From positions 10,540,001 to 10,604,000 of the forward strand of contig JBHGNT010000020.1 of assembly GCA_043228905.1 (NCBI GenBank): a stretch of 64,000 bases of DNA, read 5' to 3'. This DNA is from Azolla caroliniana (taxonomy: Eukaryota; Plantae; Polypodiophyta). The number at the start of each line of letters is the position of its first letter. Position 1 is the stretch's first letter. A program made the translations under genes and the position numbers. The notes beneath the pieces are model-generated. The model saw only the letters and a program-made list of their open reading frames with translations. It made no database searches and was not told the DNA's origin. Below, one piece after another: positions 50,201-63,285 of this stretch.

Positions 50201-52579
50201 TTCCCCTCCGTTATCCGCTCGTATCGCTTTCAGCTTCTTGCCGGATTCCCTTTCCACTCTCGCGTGGAGTTCTTTGAAGACGGACAATACTTGGTCCTTT
50301 GTCTTCAACGGTGCCGTCCACAACTTCCGGCTATGGTCATCTATGAATGTTACGAAGTATTGGGCTCCGCCATGTGACTTCGTTTCTACCTGACACACAT
50401 CAGTGTGCACCAACTCCAATGGTACACTACGTCTCGTCGGTGGCCTTGAGTGGAAGGAGGTCCGGTTTTGCTTACCGGCCAGGCAGTTGGTGCACTTCTC
50501 CAGGTGCACATGCTTCACCGGAATAAGGTTGTCTTCTGCAAGCCTCTTCATCCCCTTCTCACTCATGTGGCACAGTCTCTTGTGCCACAGCTCACCGGCA
50601 GTGTCGGCTGCCACGTTCAGCTCCTCCGGACATAGCCGGGAATTCATCAGGTACAGTGTGTTGACCTTCCGGGCCCGAGCCACTATCAGGCTCCCTTTGC
50701 TGAACTTCATGACACCGTTCCGGATGCTGCCCGTGTAGCCTTCATCGTCTAGCCTCCCGGCCGAAATCAGGTTCAATCGGACCTCCGGAACATGTCGCAC
50801 ATCCTTCAGCAGCATCTTGCATCCGGTTGATGTCATCAGCCACACGTCTCCTATGCCGGTAATCCGGCATGTACCTTCATTTCCCATCCGGACACAGCCG
50901 TGCTCACCGGCTGTGTAGGATGAGAAGTATTTCTTCTCCGGGGTCAGGTGGAACGACGCTCCGGAATCGACCACCCAGGTCATCTCTTCATCAGCAAGGT
51001 TCAGCTCCCTCTCTTCGGTAATGAGCATTATCTCTTCTTCACTTGCCGCGAGTGCCGTCGTTCCTTTCCGGTCCTGCCCTCGCCGATCCGGACCTCTCCG
51101 GTCCGTGGCTCCTCGGTATGCACCGTTTCTCTCCGGTGACTTCTTCGAATCGGTGTCGTCGGCTCCGTTGTCCTTTCGGTAATGCCGACAATTCTTCCGG
51201 AAGTGCCCCGGCTTCCCACAGTGGAAGCATGTGGGTCTTCCTCTTGACTGCGACCGGGTACCCGACTTCTCCCGTCTTTGCGGACTCCGGTTCCATTGTC
51301 TTCCCCGTTCCGATTCGGTAAGCAGCGCCTTCGAGTCGGAGGCCGGTTCTTTATCTCTCCGACGCGCTTCTTCGTTTAAGATGCTTGTCTTTACCGTTTG
51401 TAGAGACAAGTTATCTTCGGTGCAGGAGGTGCTGAGAGTCACCACCAAGTTCTCCCAGCTTTCCGGCAATGTACACATCAGAATGATGGCTTGCATTGCA
51501 TCCTCCAACGGGAACTTGATCGCCGCAAGCTGGTTCACGAATCCCATGAACGTGCTTACGTGTTCCACCATGCTCTCGCCGTCCCGGTACTTGAGGTTCA
51601 CTATCTTTCTCATCAGGGAGGTCTGGTTCAACGCATTCTTCCTCTCGTAGAGGCCCGACAGCTTCCGCCACATCTCATATGCGTTGGTGTCGTTCACCAC
51701 GTGTTGTAGAACGCTCACGTCGACGTATTGCCGAATGGTTGCAACGGCTTTCCGGTTCAGAAGCCTCCATTCCGTCTCAAGTACCCCCTTGGGTATTTCC
51801 GACCTGTCGATCGGTTCATACAGGTCCCGAACAATGAGCAGATCCTCCATCTTTATCTTCCAGTCGGCGTAGTTCTGCGCATTCAGCACCATCATCCCCG
51901 GCTGCCCGCTGCTGCCGCCTTCCATTTTCTGTGTTACCGTCGCTCTGATACCACTTTGTTGAACAACAGGGCTCGGCCACAACCGAGGAATAGAATCAAC
52001 TCACAGAAAACAGGAAATACAAAAAAAATGCTCGAAGACAATAGAGAGAAGAGTACACATGATGTTTTACGTGGAAAACCCTAAATGGGAAAAACCACGG
52101 GAGTCCTCAAACTCCTACTATCACTATGAACAGGGATGTACACTGGTGAAGCTACAAGGCAACAACCTTGAGCTCATTGTCTTCGCCACAAGCGGCGGTA
52201 ATACACAGAGGCAACGACCTCTTCGTCTCTCTCTCTCTCTCTCTCGGCTGCTCTCACTTCGCATAAAAACTGAGCAACAACTACAAACTGTTTGCCCTAA
52301 GTCATATTTATACACATATGACTTTCGGGCTATTTACAAATATAGCCTCAAGGGCTCTTGGCAAACATATTCACAAATATGTCCCCGCATCCGGATCTCT
52401 CTCCGGGTACATTCGTCATCCGGCTCCGTAACCGGGGTCTTCATCATCCGGATCCGTATCCGGGTACTCTTCATCCGGCTTCATGCCGGGTACTCTTCAT
52501 CATCCGGTTCCGTAACCGCAACCGGGCTTGCCGTCATTCATCTCCGGACATCCCATCCGGAGGGACCGAAATCCCAACA
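47215..52579 (-). mobile_element. Full-length Ty1/copia element, copy B
   Basis: LTRs 47215-47841 and 51957-52579 (3 substitutions seen plus microsatellite length); TSD AATAC; PBS TGGTATCAGAGC; PPT. Confidence 0.97.
47852..51925 (-). CDS. Uninterrupted copia gag-pol polyprotein
   Basis: Single open frame from MEGGSSGQ to RHPMPK with gag, PR, INT, RT and RH motifs. Confidence 0.95.
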   Translation of the reverse strand: MEGGSSGQPGMMVLNAQNYADWKIKMEDLLIVRDLYEPIDRSEIPKGVLETEWRLLNRKAVATIRQYVDVSVLQHVVNDTNAYEMWRKLSGLYERKNALNQTSLMRKIVNLKYRDGESMVEHVSTFMGFVNQLAAIKFPLEDAMQAIILMCTLPESWENLVVTLSTSCTEDNLSLQTVKTSILNEEARRRDKEPASDSKALLTESERGRQWNRSPQRREKSGTRSQSRGRPTCFHCGKPGHFRKNCRHYRKDNGADDTDSKKSPERNGAYRGATDRRGPDRRGQDRKGTTALAASEEEIMLITEERELNLADEEMTWVVDSGASFHLTPEKKYFSSYTAGEHGCVRMGNEGTCRITGIGDVWLMTSTGCKMLLKDVRHVPEVRLNLISAGRLDDEGYTGSIRNGVMKFSKGSLIVARARKVNTLYLMNSRLCPEELNVAADTAGELWHKRLCHMSEKGMKRLAEDNLIPVKHVHLEKCTNCLAGKQNRTSFHSRPPTRRSVPLELVHTDVCQVETKSHGGAQYFVTFIDDHSRKLWTAPLKTKDQVLSVFKELHARVERESGKKLKAIRADNGGEYQGQFQEYCRSKGIQLEFTVPKTPELNGLAERMNRTIMERVRSMLAHAKLPKGFWAEAMSTATYVINRSPSVPLDGDTPQKVWTGKEVSYRHLKVFGCLAYVHVAKDRRGKLDPKTRPCIFLGYGDDEFGYRVWDPVDKKIFRSRDIIFMEDKTLADWESEKKMKSSKSTGEDKLYEEQSRPARDRLALEDPAEDGEETEPAEEDETDTGTGPDPEMDSDEEETEQPVTEAPERRYPLRERRAPRRFPEPEHVLLTDEGEPESFEEAKHDTQSRRWLSAMQDEMDSLHENHTYELVELPKGKRALRNKWVFKLKPGDAGNPPRYKARIVVKGFQQKKGVDFDEIFAPVVKMTSIRTVLSIAASMNLEVEQMDVKTTFLHGDLEEEIYMQQPEGFEKKGKEHLVCRLKKSLYGLKQAPRQWYRKFDSFMTDEGYHKTQSDHCVFVKKFEGGDSLILLLYVDDMLIVGRDQVKIRTLKKALHQTFSMKDLGPARQILGMHIIRDRKKKQLWLSQEKYVTKVLHRFNMSEARPVGSTLPANCKLSSKQSPKTKAEKEDMMKVPYASAVGSLMYAMVCTRPDIGYAVGVVSRYMSNPGKEHWNAVKWILRYLKGTANVCLRFGSGKPELDGFTDSDMSADADTSRSTLGYVMTYAGGAVSWQSRLQKTVALSTTEAEYMAAVEAGKEIIWMKDFIRELGIRQEEYRLYCDSQSAIHLAKNAAYHSRTKHIQRRYHWIRERIEDQEFVLTKIHTEENGSDMLTKVLTPDKLGACRKRVGLERHPMPK

Positions 52580-53978
52580 AATACAAGGTTAACATGTTTT
52601 GAACATATCCAATTGCGTATGTGTGTTTTCCATGTGCACGACATCATATGCGTCTTATGAATTGATGGAGTTATACCTCCCGTCAATATCGTTGGGCCAA
52701 GGATCTAGATCAACATATATCTTATTGGTAGCGAACTAAGAATGAGTGTTTGTCAGACACGCTTGAGCAACTAGCTCAACTAACCCTAATGATTAATGCT
52801 TACACACACACTCCCTCTCTCAATATAATATATTAGTTAACAGTACACCTGAGAAAAATAAAACACGAACATGATCACAAGGAAGGGTAGGAAGTAGCGA
52901 GTGTATAACACGTGGCAACAACTAAAAGACAAGGGATGTGCACGATGCGAAGAATCTAGAACAAGAATTACAAACTACAAGACCAGAGGTGTGCAAGTGC
53001 GTTGAGGAGAATCTACGAGGATAAGTTGAAACTACAATAAGAGGGTGGAAGTAGTGATGACGAAACAAGGGAGGGGAAGTAGTGTCGTAAAGCAACATAC
53101 GAAGGTGAGCAATGTGCGTATGGAAGAGAATCTTACACAGAGGGAGAAATGACCACAAGGCTAATTGTGTGTGCACCACGTGAATGATATACAACGAGAT
53201 TATCTCGACTCCATTACATGGAGTGACTTACAAGGGGTGGATAAATAAGGAAGTTGGAGATGTAAGATTTGGAGTAAACCTTCATAGGATATCCTCAAGT
53301 TTTGGTTTAGAGGACAAGCGAGACATTGTTGCATGTTATCTTTGGTGGCCTCTAATGGCCTATTGATTTGCTACTCTAGTCTCCAAGCTCATTTATCCCT
53401 TTTATATGTTTTATAAAAGGGATAAATGAGCTTCAAAGGGATATCCCCAAGTCTTGGTTTAGAGGATGAGTGAGACTTTCTTGCATGTTGTCTTCGGTGG
53501 TCTCTAACGGCCTCTTGATTTGCTAGATATTGGTAGTGCATTTGCCCTCAACAACGAGCTCTCTCTCCCTTTTTTAGGTTTTATAAGGATACTCGCCAAG
53601 ATAATAAGTTGCTTTTAATTTTAACCATATACGTTGTTACTTACCATATAAATAACCTTTCTGCCTTCATCATCCATCATAAGATTCAAATCTCTTACCT
53701 TCTACTCCTAGCGTAAACTTTTGAGGTTTGAGCTAAATCTTTTTGTTATCTCTAACTTTATCTTATCTTATGACCTTCTTTTCATATCTCTGCCTTGTCT
53801 TTCAATCTTTTAATTTATATTTATTTAACTTGTTTCATCATGTGCACTTCCCACATCACGACACGAAACCAAAGACACTAGTGAAGATGAGAAAATCTAC
53901 ATTGAGGAGTCAAACCAGCAACGAGAGGAGCCAAAGTGGACAATGATGAAGAAGAAGAAGAAGAAGAAGAAAGAAGGA

Positions 53979-54863
53979 ATAGGCAATGACCCGATTCAAG
54001 CCTAAACCAATCCATTAAACCAATTAAAAACAGTTTGGGGGTTCGGTTTAGTTTAGGCTTGAGCTTCCTTAACTGGTTTGATCTTGGTTTGGGATGGCTC
54101 AAGCCGAACTGAACCGATTTGGGCCAAACCGGTTAAGACTTACTTGGCTTGGCTAAAAATCAGTTTGGCCGTAACCGATTATCTTTTTCTTTTTTTTGAA
54201 AGAAAGATACACCTTAGTATATTACTTGAGAAATGTACATGTAGAAAACAGAAGGAGACATTTCATCTCACCTCTATTGTAATACAAAGGCTAATACCAA
54301 CATTTGTTCAAACAGATGATATCATATAAGAAACAAGTGGGGCATAAGCTACAAGCTATGCAATAAAGAAGAAGGTATGGCATAATTCCACCTCATACCA
54401 CGAGTTGTCTCTGAAAATAAGTGAAGCCCTCGCCACCGTTTCCTAAAGTCCACTTGACGTTGCCTTAGAGCATCAGTTGAACCCTGTAGATCATCATATT
54501 GCCCACGTAGGGTATGGATAAATAACAACCATAATTCAATAAGCATGGTACGGAGATGTATGTGAGCATTATTGAAAACAACATCACATCTCACTTTCAT
54601 ATTGTCCAAAGAGCTAATGATGTAATAATATGCCAAATAACCAAAATTTCAATTCTAAACCCTGGAATAAAAGATGGAAATGAAGTGAGATAGAGGTACC
54701 CATGGGAAAAGTGAAAGACATGAGAAGCATGCCTACTTTCATAATGTAACCGATTATCTTTAACCGGTTTAGGAACCGATTCAGTTCAAGTTTGGAAAAT
54801 CCCAAACCGGTTTAGGCTTAACCGGTTTGATTTGGACAAAGCCAAGCCGGAAACCCGATTCTT
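53979..54863. mobile_element. Possible non-autonomous DNA transposon with AACCG/CGGTT subterminal repeats, flanked by (GAA)n tracts
   Basis: AACCG-rich clusters at ~53990-54180 and ~54745-54860; TIRs not clearly resolved. Confidence 0.35.
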
Positions 54864-54959
54864 AGAAGAAGAAAGAAGAAAGAAGAAGAAGAAGAAGAAG
54901 AAGAAGAAGAAGAAGAAGAAGAGTGAAAGATACATAACATTCATTATTTACATCATAGT

Positions 54960-55345
54960 CGAATGCATTGGCAAACATTCATTTTCGCCCGAATGAAAAT
55001 TAACTTATAACAAATAATGAATACAAAAGTATGGTATTTACATACTTCCAAGGTGTTTACCAAACTCGAATGATTGAAACATTCGCGAATGAGAATGCAT
55101 TGGCAAACATACTAACATTTACAATTGGAATCGTAGTACGTAATATGCTCGAATGCATTGGCAAACATTCATTTTCATACGAATGAGTATGTTATCAAAA
55201 CATTATTGTGTGTTTTTTTTTACACTTTTTACCTTAAACAAAATTTACCTTATAGTAAGTAATGAATACAAAAAGTATGGTATTTACCATACTTCGAAGG
55301 TGTTTACCATACTCGAATGTTATAAGCTTTCTCGAATGCGAATGC
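54960..55345. repeat. Degenerate local repeats (GAATGCATTGGCAAACAT x3; GGTATTTAC..ACTCGAATG x2)
   Basis: Copies at ~54961, 55093, 55151 and at ~55033, 55279. Confidence 0.7.
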
Positions 55346-55411
55346 ACGTATGGTTCATACTATGATTGGAATTATCTAGCTTGTTTTTTAAAATATCGAA
55401 TTTCTTTAATC

Positions 55412-55443
<32 letters not shown>

Positions 55444-55674
55444 TATTATTATTATTTCCAATTGTGAAGAAACTGAATAATCAATCGCCAACCCTCAGAG
55501 TTCTCCGAAGACGCAGACGACGAAGAAGGTCCCATGGCTATGGCGGACCTTCCACGCAGACGTCTCCTCTCACAATCCTCTCCTTCGGAACCACTAACTC
55601 TCAACGATCATTCATCTTCTTCCTCTTCCTCCTTGAATTTTACAGTCTTCTGCAAATAAATTCGCGTCGGGGCA

Positions 55675-56778
55675 ATGGCAGACCTTCCACGCAGGCTTCT
55701 TCTCTCACAATCCTCCGTCTCCAAACGAGTGAAACTCGAAGATCCTTCTTCTTCTCAACAAACACTAGATTTAAACGAAGACGATCGCTCACGCGGAGTC
55801 ACATTCTCTGCAGGCAATACAATCACTTCTTCTTCTTCTTCTTCACGCAGCAAACGCAGTAATTCTCCTGTAAGTTCGAAGGGAACAAGAAGAAGTGATG
55901 TTCGCATCAGTAGCCATGGTGTCACTCCAGAAATTCTTTCACACCTTAGAAAAAGCAAAATGTCCTCTTCTTCTTCATCAACTAAGTCAAATTCTACAAA
56001 ACTCAGCCTTTCTGCACAGTCCGTGGATTCTACAGTTTCCCCCATAGAAAGAATGGAAGAGGAAGATAAAGACTGTGAAGGAAAGGGAGTGATTTCGTCT
56101 ACTTCTTCTGTGAAGTTGACAGAAACTGACAGTGTAGAATGGCGGATCCTTCCATGCTTGAATGAAGTAATCCCTGGAGATCTGCGAAAATCTGTTCTTG
56201 CTACGTCCGCAGAGCTAATGTCTTCTGTGCAGAGTGAAGATAAACTTATTTCACCATTTCCAAAGGTAAGCAGAGCTTCATCTCACCATAGCCGGCCTTT
56301 ACCTTCATATTCAGGTCGCCGGCTCTCATTGTCGAGTCTACAAGAACAATCAGAAGTTGGCTCTCACAATGATCACGAGAAAGAAGAAGAAGAGAAACGC
56401 AAACGAAGGAGGCAAAGTGGATCGCATGGCCTTATGTTGTGGAAACGAAGAAGAGGGAAATTTGCAGTTTCTTCTCAGTCAGACATCACCAGCTATATGT
56501 GGATGCCATTTTTGAGTATCCTAGAGAGAGAGAAAGAAAGATATATTAACATCTTTTAAGAGGCCAAAATGGCCAATAAGACCAAACAAGAGATTACATC
56601 TTAAGTGTTGTCTCATCTCTGAGAACAACAAATCAAAAAAATAAGTAAATAATACTCCGTAAATATAAAAGTATATAAGATAAAAAGAGACGAGGGAGGG
56701 TTTAGGGTTTAGGGAAACTTGCAGTTTCTTCTCAGTCAGACATCACCAGCTATATGTGGATGCTGTTTTTGAGTATCC

Positions 56779-56847
<69 letters not shown>

Positions 56848-59800
56848 TGTGTGTGTGGTGGAGAAAAGCTGTGATGAAGCTCACCTGGTTCACCTGGGTG
56901 TTATTGGGCAGATTGGCAGTGAGCAATGATCTGGTGATGGTATGTATTATATGTGTTGTGTCGTGGTACTTGAGGTCTCTGTTGTCGGCATTCCTCTACT
57001 CGCTCTTCGGTGACTCCTTGGTCGAGAGAGTTATTTTATTCTCCTAGAAGGTTGTAGCTCAGTCGATAAGGTTGTCAAGTGGAAACAGGTAATGTGTCCA
57101 ACCCCTATATTCCATAGTGGCATAAAAGAGTTGCAAGATTGAAATCCAGGTGCTTGGGCCCCCAAAAAACTTGGCTTACCACCAGTGTACAACTCCAATA
57201 CAAGAAAAGAGAGATTTGAATATTTTCCTTGGAGGTCAAATATGACATATATCAAGGAAGTGAAACATTTTTGTGTAGTGTATGAAGTTGATGAGTGGTT
57301 CTAAATGCTCAAGTATTTTAATAATGAATTGTCATGGCCACAAAAAGCATTTTACTACTGATGAGTGAGAGAGAAACGCGTGGATGGATAGGTCTAGGTT
57401 GAAAATTTGGGGAAAGCATTCTTAAATTCTGTAGAAGGTGGAACATCACATTAGATTGTTATTCTAAATCACAAACTTGTTTGAGACAAATTAATTCATG
57501 GTTGACGAGTCACGTTTCATGTTCTTCAATCCTTTATCTCACATCAAAGAGAATATGAATTAAGCTGTATCGAAGCAAGGTGTAAATGATGAACCAGGGG
57601 ATGGGCTCACAGCATGTATGGGTAAGTGCAGTTTGCTGTTTCAGGGAAGATGACGTTTTTTGTAGGAAAGAAAGAAAGATATAGTAGCGTCTTTTAAGAG
57701 GCCAAAGTGGCCTATGAGACCAAATGAGAGATTACATCTTAAAATGTTTTTTTATCTTCCAGAACAGTAGACCAACACAAATATAACTGAATTAGTAACA
57801 CCATCAAAGATACAAATAATCCTGTTATCTATGCACTTGACATTCTGAGCTAAGATGGACAGAAGCTTCTGTTTTTCAAAGATCTTTAACATGAGCTGAT
57901 ACAAGATGGTGAGTCTTTGAAGTGAGGGAAGCACCTTTGATGTTAGGTATATTGGTCTTGATTTGTCAATAACAAGAGGTTCATGGTCTAGATTGGTGTG
58001 CCCTATGTGCACATCAAATTGCTATTGCCCAATCTATTGGAATCCCTTTCAAATGACGTGGTCGAAACCCTACTTGTTGTAGGGTATATTGACTTAAGGC
58101 ATGGAAGGAGGGGTGATAGTGCTAAAGAAGGTTTTGATGGCTTTTTGTTGATGAGGTTTTGTGGTTGTATTGTTTTCCTTCAACAACCTTCTATGTCTAT
58201 TGATCTCTAGCAAGGGCAATCTCAAGCATTGTTGGTTTCATATTCCATTACCTTGCAGAGTGGTTCAAAGTCTTGATTGAAGAGGCAATGGTATGTCCCT
58301 CTTATCTTATAAAAAATAGTACCATCAAAAACAATATTTTCCTCTAATTCTAGTCCTTGATGGCAAAATTGGCAGATTTGGTATATGTTCACGTGCATAT
58401 CCGCTTGTCTCAAACTTTAAATTACAAAAGGCATGAGAGAGACATATTTCCTTATAGAAGGTTCTGATGACAAATCCAGCTTATGACCAATGAAGAAGAG
58501 TGGCTTATAGTGGGCCATCTTCCTACCAAGGTGCGACCTGGGGGCTGATCCACACTCTTTCATTATCCAATTTAATGATATCATTTTGGATCATTCTATG
58601 CTTTCCCACCTTGTCATTTTAAGTGTGGACAATCCAAGCTATATTGGAATGGGGGTAGTGCATTTATATTATGCCATGCTATATTAATGTCTTTGAAAGG
58701 CCAAATTGACCTATGAGACTGAAAGTTACATCCATGTGAATCTGTTAGAAGTTTCATCCATGAAGAGAGAGGAAGATCTCATTTGATACCTTAACTCTTG
58801 ACATAGATCTTTTGAGGGAGCAACCCGATTACCCGGAATTCATTTATTTGCAGCCAGGAAAAACATCAAGTTCAGCATTTGATCCATATGATCTTGATAT
58901 CGTATCCCATAGCGACATATCAAGCCCATATTTTTATACAATGAGCAGTGAAGGAGTAACTTTGTACAGGGATCTTGATGCAGGTTAGTTATTAACCTCT
59001 TGATATATAAGTGTACATATGAGCTCCTAAGCATGTGGATAATGATCTTAGTGCACATGCTGTAATATGTCTTTTGTGGAAGAATGCCCTTGTATTATTG
59101 TTTCCTTTTCTCATGATGCATCTCATGTCATTTATCGCTGAATGAAGTTGAAACTTAATCTGATAGTTGTAAGTGCAATGCAGTCAAACCCTTCGTTTCT
59201 CACCCCATGTCTGGTATTTGATGATTTGTCTGCTTTAACTGGTGTAGATGCTTGAATAAGAATTTTATGACCTCATCACTGAGATGGTATCTTCAAATAT
59301 TGGTCTTTTATATCTACTTTTGATGGAAAGGTTTATCAATTAGGTCACATCTTTGATAACCTTCTTGAAAATTATTTATTGTGTTCTCAAATTGACTTCT
59401 GGTATGAGTCACAGGGAAGGACATGATTGAGAGTATTGGTTTACTTGTAGCTAATGTGAACTTCCTAGTACAGATTTCATGACACACTCAATATAAATTC
59501 TGATTCTTCTTTTACATATATATTTATATCTAGTTTGTTGCTCTCCAAGATGAAACACCTTTTTCAGTGTTACTCATTCAGTCTCATAGGCCATTTTGTC
59601 CTCCTAAGAGACACTAATATATCATTCATTCGTTCTTTGTTAAACGGATATTTAAAACTTCCTGTGTAATGCAGAGTTTTCTCCACTGGATGAGTGGGAG
59701 AATGATTTTGAGTATTACAAATGCATCATGAAGCTAAATGTTTTTAAGCAAGTAAGCTTGGTTCTATATAAACACTAGAATTGCAATGGGATTTATAGAG

Positions 59801-62800
59801 ATCACGTCTCCATTCAAATGATGCTGTCTTCATATATATGTAGTACAAGCTATGGAAAGGCTTCGCAATTTGGAGACGCTATGTCAGAAAAACATTGCAA
59901 GGAATTTGTAGAAAAGCACTTATAAAACAACTATTTTCAGTTAATCCTATCCTCCAACGAGTGCTCCTACAGATATGTCAGGTATTTAGTAGCTCAGATA
60001 TTTTTATCATGGAAAACACATGCAACAGCGAAAATATCTTGCAATGAAAAATGTCCATCTATAATATAATGAGGGATGTGCGCACAATGCAAATTATCAA
60101 ATGCCAGTAATAGTCTTTGCAATGACCTTATAAAAATGTTACCCTTCTTAATAGAAAACAGATTAAAATTATTATCCTATTATTTATTTGTTCTTTAAGT
60201 CATTGTTTTAACTTTAATCCAAGCAAAATATATCAGCACTTACTCAATCTTTCTTTGAAGAAAGGGCTGTTTATTATACTGGCTCTTTGTTCTCTCCAAT
60301 TTGAGGAAACATGGCCTGCATATTATTATAAACGTATGAGACACATAGAAGATACCATTAGACTTGACATAGAGGACGCATACTCATTGCATCCCCATCC
60401 CCATACACACGATCGGATTTGGACATGGGACAAGTACACTTTTGTGTGTGACCAAGGTTGTACTTATTTGGAGGATAGTTTACTTTGGTTTGAGTTTCAA
60501 CCATGTATTAAAGATATTTGCCAATATATGTGCATGAGCTGATCTATACCCTGAAGAGGCACGTGTTTACAAGATCTAGTACACAAAACGAATAAGAGCT
60601 AAATCCTCTCGTCTGGACGGGTCCTTGACAAAATGAAATGGTTTAAATGATGGAGAGTAAAAGATCTGTTGGAACTCTCAGTGATGCTATGAAGTATGTG
60701 GCCACCAAGGGTAGATTACTAGAGGCACTAAGAATGAAGTAGCAAGATGCTGAAATGTCAAATTTGGAATGTTACATTGCAAATGTTAACCCGCAATCGT
60801 TAGGTCCAATTGTTAGCATCATGACATGCCACCCAAGTATGAAGATATGTAAGGTATGCAATGAAAACCTAGTAAAGGATGAATATCACTTACTTCTTGC
60901 ATGCTCAGCATATAAGGTAATTCCTGAGAAGTATGATGACTTGCTAGATGGGCATGATAATTTAAGTGTCACTGTTTGGCTACTTAAAATGGCCTTTCCA
61001 GCCTTTAACCATTTTCTTTTCATGGAACAGATCCTGGGATTTTTGGACAATATGGATATCTCGCAACCACTTACACTATGATCAACCTATATCTGTCAGA
61101 TTTCAGATGTTTGGTCAATCTTTCAGTCTGGTTTTGTCTCAAGACATAGAAAAAAAGAAATCTATATTAATGTCTTTCAAGAGGCCAAATGGCCAATAAT
61201 ACCAAACAAGAGATTACATCTTAAAATGTTGTCTCCTCTATGAGAAGAAGAAACAAAAATAAATGTAACTAAGTAAATCTGTCTCTCTTCTATGAATATT
61301 TCTACTGTGAAGGCAGATATAATGTCATACTAGCCATTTCATTTTTATAAGGTTTTGTATGTTTTCACTTCACGTTGAGGTTTTCAACAGTAATACATGG
61401 ATTACAGAGAAGTGTGAATGTTAATGAGAGGAGGATGCATTTGGTATCATAAACTCATAGAACTTTTAATTGAACATAAAAATTAAGTTTAAGGTACTTC
61501 ATCATTGCTATTTCTTATGCATCTCAAAATTTCTTCTCTTTAGGTGTCCTTGAGAATATCAATATTGCATCTCTTTGATTATAAGAAAGATGTCATTTAT
61601 CACATAGAAGAGTTCTTACAGTTGCAGCAAATAAGGCGTCAATCAATTATAGAAGCCTTGGCAGAGGTATATGATTTTTATTAATTTACTGCTGTAGAAG
61701 TGAGTTTTCTTATTCTGGAAATACTACACAAACATTCCAATCTCTTACATCTATAGCTATATACAAATCTTTGCATCTTTGATGTCGATGATGTACAATA
61801 TTTAAATAGGGGCACTTGAGATTGAGCAATAAGTAGAGGTAGAAAAGATAATATATATATAAAGAATGATAAAAATGACACATATAGACAATGAAATAAA
61901 TGATTCTAGATCTAGTTGAATGCTAGATGTAGTTTAAGAGGCCACGATGATCTATGAGACCAAAGGAGAAGTTATATCTGAAAAATTGTCTCATCATGGA
62001 GAACAAAAACCAAAGAATGAAGTCTGGATATCAGTCCAAGAATAGGTCTTGACGATGAGCGTGATATTTCTTGTATTGGTTATAGAGAGCACATGCTATA
62101 ATCTTTTACGTTGGATCCACAAATGATTTTTTGTTTATAATTGAAGCACAATTTAGCTCTATAGCTATCTTAACAGCTTAATATTTCTTCGAATTTCAGC
62201 ATTCTGAAAAAGCTGTCCTGGATGTTAGAGGTGCATGTCTTGCTGTTTTGTCCAAGATTGAAGAAGATCTCCTTGGACAACAAAGTGAGGAAACAGAAAT
62301 CTCAACTGGAGCCCCTAACAAGCCTACAAGCCAATCCAAGTCATCAAGATCTAAGCTTGCTAGTGTTGCAGCTAAATGGAAACAGGAAAAAGAGAAAGCA
62401 GCAGAAGCAAAAGAAAGTCAAGAAAGATTCACCTTTGCAATTGCAGCCGCTAAGAGAAATGAGAGGCAAAGACTTCTAAAATTCCTGCGGCTTGCTGATT
62501 ACATGATTGCCCAGTGTCTTCGCATTATATTGATCAGATCATTTGTATCTCTCCTACATGACCTTTGCCACCCTTCTCTCCAAGGAACCTACTTGTATAT
62601 GGATGACTCGACGACATTTGAAGTCTTGGTAAAGAAAGAGCTTCTCGGTCAGCAGGCAGATGCCTTTTCTGTAGTTGAAAGTTCTATTGATAAAAGTGGA
62701 CCTACCAAGGGTGCAAACATATCTATATTTGAGGTGACAGTTGTAATACATGAGGACAAACTAAAGTTATATCCTGATGTTACTGAATTTTTGAAGCAGG

Positions 62801-63285
62801 TAAACCCTGGCATAAAATATGGAATATTATTATGTGAACTTTTTTAGAATCTATCTTTCTATTTTCACGTTTGAAAGCCTTACAGAAACCTTTTATTTTG
62901 TGGCAGATGGAAGAATTCTGGCAAACTATCCCTGATGGTTTAAGAAGGGTACGAAGGCTAGTTTCGCACAGTGGACTAAATGGAGTAGTTGACCAAATGA
63001 ACTTTGATAATGAAGCTTCTGTCTCCTATATGGAATTAATAGGAGATAAACAAGTTGGGGATATTATATCTGTTATAAAGAGCTCGATTGAGCTATGGTT
63101 TCAGGCAAGGAAGAACAATAACTGTTGGCTTCGTTTTTAGTAACAGTACTGACACTTCATTTATGTCTGATTGCATAGTCCAATGTACATGGCAGGATGC
63201 AGAATCTGCAATTAAAGAATTTCAACCCTTCTTAGATATCTATATAGAAAATCAAAGCATCTCTATCAATTGGATGCGGGCAGAG
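55675..63285 (+). CDS. Axonemal dynein heavy chain, DNAH6-like, N-terminal part (continues beyond the window). Well-supported exons 58807-58983, 59675-59751, 59844-59981, 61544-61666, 62200-62799, 62907-63104, 63196-63285; Ser-rich first exon 55675-56265 tentative
   Basis: Phase-consistent exons give FDPYDLDIVS..YFYTMSSEGVT / FSPLDEWE / YKLWKGFAIWRRYVR..LFSVNPIL / RLLKFLRLADYMI, which I recognise as the DNAH6-type N-terminal tail; motor domain not in window. Confidence 0.78.
56455..56845. repeat. 75-bp direct duplication (56455-56530, 56712-56787), each ending in (GA)n
   Basis: TTGCAGTTTCTTCTCAGTCAGACATCACCAGCTATATGTGGATG present twice. Confidence 0.9.

Larger units (their letters stand above)
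45950..52750 (+). pseudogene. Decayed LINE reverse transcriptase, interrupted by copia B
   Basis: FVDFNKSFD, GVKQG-like and GLTVNMKKTKMM motifs at 46050-46570; continuation after 52580 is tentative. Confidence 0.65.

Noticed and set aside
56698-56715. TTTAGGG telomere-like repeats
   Set aside because: Only two units; telo-box-sized, not an interstitial telomere
57565-57621. Candidate dynein exon 2 (also ~58459-58530)
   Set aside because: Good donor sites, but phase could not be reconciled with exon 1 without unseen exons
57750-58420. Possible L1-type RT remnant on minus in a dynein intron
   Set aside because: Only faint motif traces (LSPLL-like); too decayed to support by eye
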